Positions 62,016 to 64,000 of a stretch of DNA of 64,000 nt are shown in pieces. The notes beneath the pieces were generated by a model, which searched no databases, was not told the DNA's origin, and saw only the letters and a list, made by a program, of their open reading frames with translations. The position numbers and the translations under genes are program-made. The stretch is taken from assembly GCF_009914755.1 (NCBI RefSeq), contig NC_060926.1; one strand, 5' to 3'. This stretch comes from the human T2T-CHM13v2.0 reference genome, Homo sapiens. Within the stretch, counting starts at the first letter, position 1. Each line of letters starts with the position of its first letter.

Positions 62016-64000
62016 GATGGAAATGGTAGCACGATTGCAACTCATGATACTGATAGTGGAGTGTTCTAGAGAGTCCTTTCTTTTGGTAATTGTAAATGGA
62101 AGTGACCAGAACTTGCCAACTGGCTGAAATAGATACAAAATATTCAGCTTTTCCAAATGTTTCTTTTTTCTATGTTTGGTCTTTATAAATGGAAGTATAC
62201 CTAAAATATGCTAGAGAGCTTGGTCAAGGAATATGCTTTATAGAGTTTATCAGCTAAAAGGGATAGTATAAGAAATAATATGAACTAGTATATCATTTAA
62301 GAATTGAACATATTTTGAGGGTTAGCATTGTCTGTTTTGGGGTGAGTGAATAACACTGTCACAGAGTGTACAATAAAACAAAACAGCAAGGAGTAAATGA
62401 CTCATGGAATACATCCATGAAACAGAAACTGAATTTAGTAAGTACTAGATATTAGCATCTAGTGATTGATGTCACTAAGATTACATCAAATTCCTGTGTA
62501 CTCTGCTCCTGGAGAATACAAGACAGGTGACAGATTTCTTAGGAAATGCTTTTCCTAATGCCTTTTTTTTTTCTTTTCATCAGACCTTTGTCTTTTTTCA
62601 AGTATGAGTTTACTTTTTAGCCAGTGTTACAATATCTCTATTTGTAGGTAGACAGATGGGGGATAGGAAATGAGGAATGATGTCTGGCTCTTTAATTAAA
62701 GACACAGAGCCAGAGTTTGCTCTTCAAGCTTGTTGGCAAGGCACATACGCACACGTGCACATACACACACATACACACACAAAGTGCATCTGATAGATGA
62801 AGCCAAATTTGTAAAATTGTATCCACAATCATAGTTTCTATGGTAACTGTATCTTAGGCCCAGACACAAACAGAGCTGGCAGGAGATGTCTGATTTTATT
62901 TTCTGCTAAGACAATCATAACAGAGACAGTTCAGGTTATTAAGATGCCATAGCCCAGTGTACATGCAGCTAGTACTTGGATGGTGCTACCATAAGATTTC
63001 ATGCTTAAATCCCAATAAATACTTTATAATTTCATAATTTGCAGGTTGCTTTTCTCTGTCATTCTGCTATAAAATCATCATGTGCCTGCACACAGTTACT
63101 ATATTAATGAGGTGTTAGTGGTCAACATAAATGTGGAAATGATGCAAGATAACTTTTATAAATGTGCACAGGTTAGAAGGGACTTCCAGGATGTCTGTTT
63201 TAACCCTGACATGTTGCAAGGAAGGAAAATGTAGGCACAGTGTGGTTAAAAGACTTATCCAAGAGTTACTTTTAAAATATTTTATTTGCTGTATTTTTTA
63301 AACTAGCAGATGTTCTAGACTAGTCTATAAGCTGAATACCCAGTTATTTCACAAAATTACTGAAATCAAATTGTGGAAAACAAACACTTCAGAAACAATA
63401 GTTTGAATGAGTGTGTGTTCTTTCGCCTCTCTGGATGGCATACTTGTAAATACGTAGCTCAGGCATATTATACCACATATTGCTGAAGATGAATAATTAA
63501 ACATCCTATTTTGATGAGTTTCATTTTGTTTAAATAGAGCATTTCCCTTAGTTCCCCTAGAAACATATAGCATTTTAGCAAAAGTCTTAATATTAGAAGA
63601 TGCTGAAAGCCAAGTTTATAACTTTTAGAAGTTTTTATTGTGTTGATTCCTTTAAACATCTTCCAGCCAAATCTGTAACTAGGTAAGAGCAATGGAATTA
63701 GAAGAAAGCTTTTGGAAATGTGGAACACTTCTCCAAAATATCTGTCATGATACCAACTTGAAATGAAAGGCACATTTCCTAAAATGGCATCTAAATTTTT
63801 ATACTTTGCATCTTAATCTTATGATGTGTCTGGCAGCATGAAACTCATTTTTTTGTAATGGATCTAAGTAAGACATATTTGTAAATGAGGATGTTATATA
63901 TAGGTGAATAAGCCGTATTGCAACTTTGCTTGGCCTCTCCATCACAGCAGCTTTTTAATTTCCTCAGGAAAATTGGCTTAGAGGACATAAATTACAAGAT

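Overview
Primate (human-like) AT-rich intronic DNA. The only protein-coding sequence I can support is one 136-bp internal exon (18216-18351, + strand, AG...GT) encoding GRPTGGSTDRIQKLRKEYYQARREGFPLYEDDEGRARPSEYDLLW, which I recognise from memory as a C-terminal-region exon of PARD3B. The rest is intron filled with repeats: two 5'-truncated primate L1PA copies (one 5'-inverted), a near-full-length older L1PA, ancient L1M/L2/MIR remnants, about 13 Alu elements, MaLR LTRs, MER DNA transposons and microsatellites. Nearly all ORFs in the track are repeat-derived or spurious. I found no novel protein-coding system. Two structural signals stand out. (1) Two independently inserted L1s form a ~1.3-kb, ~96% identical inverted repeat around the exon and share non-consensus variants, including a frameshift, only within the inverted arms; this suggests arm-to-arm gene conversion. 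(2) Three short non-tandem local duplications with 1.15-1.5 kb spacing cluster in one region, one of them a clean templated insertion flanked by a 13-bp direct repeat. Subfamily names and consensus comparisons are from memory, and identities are manual counts.
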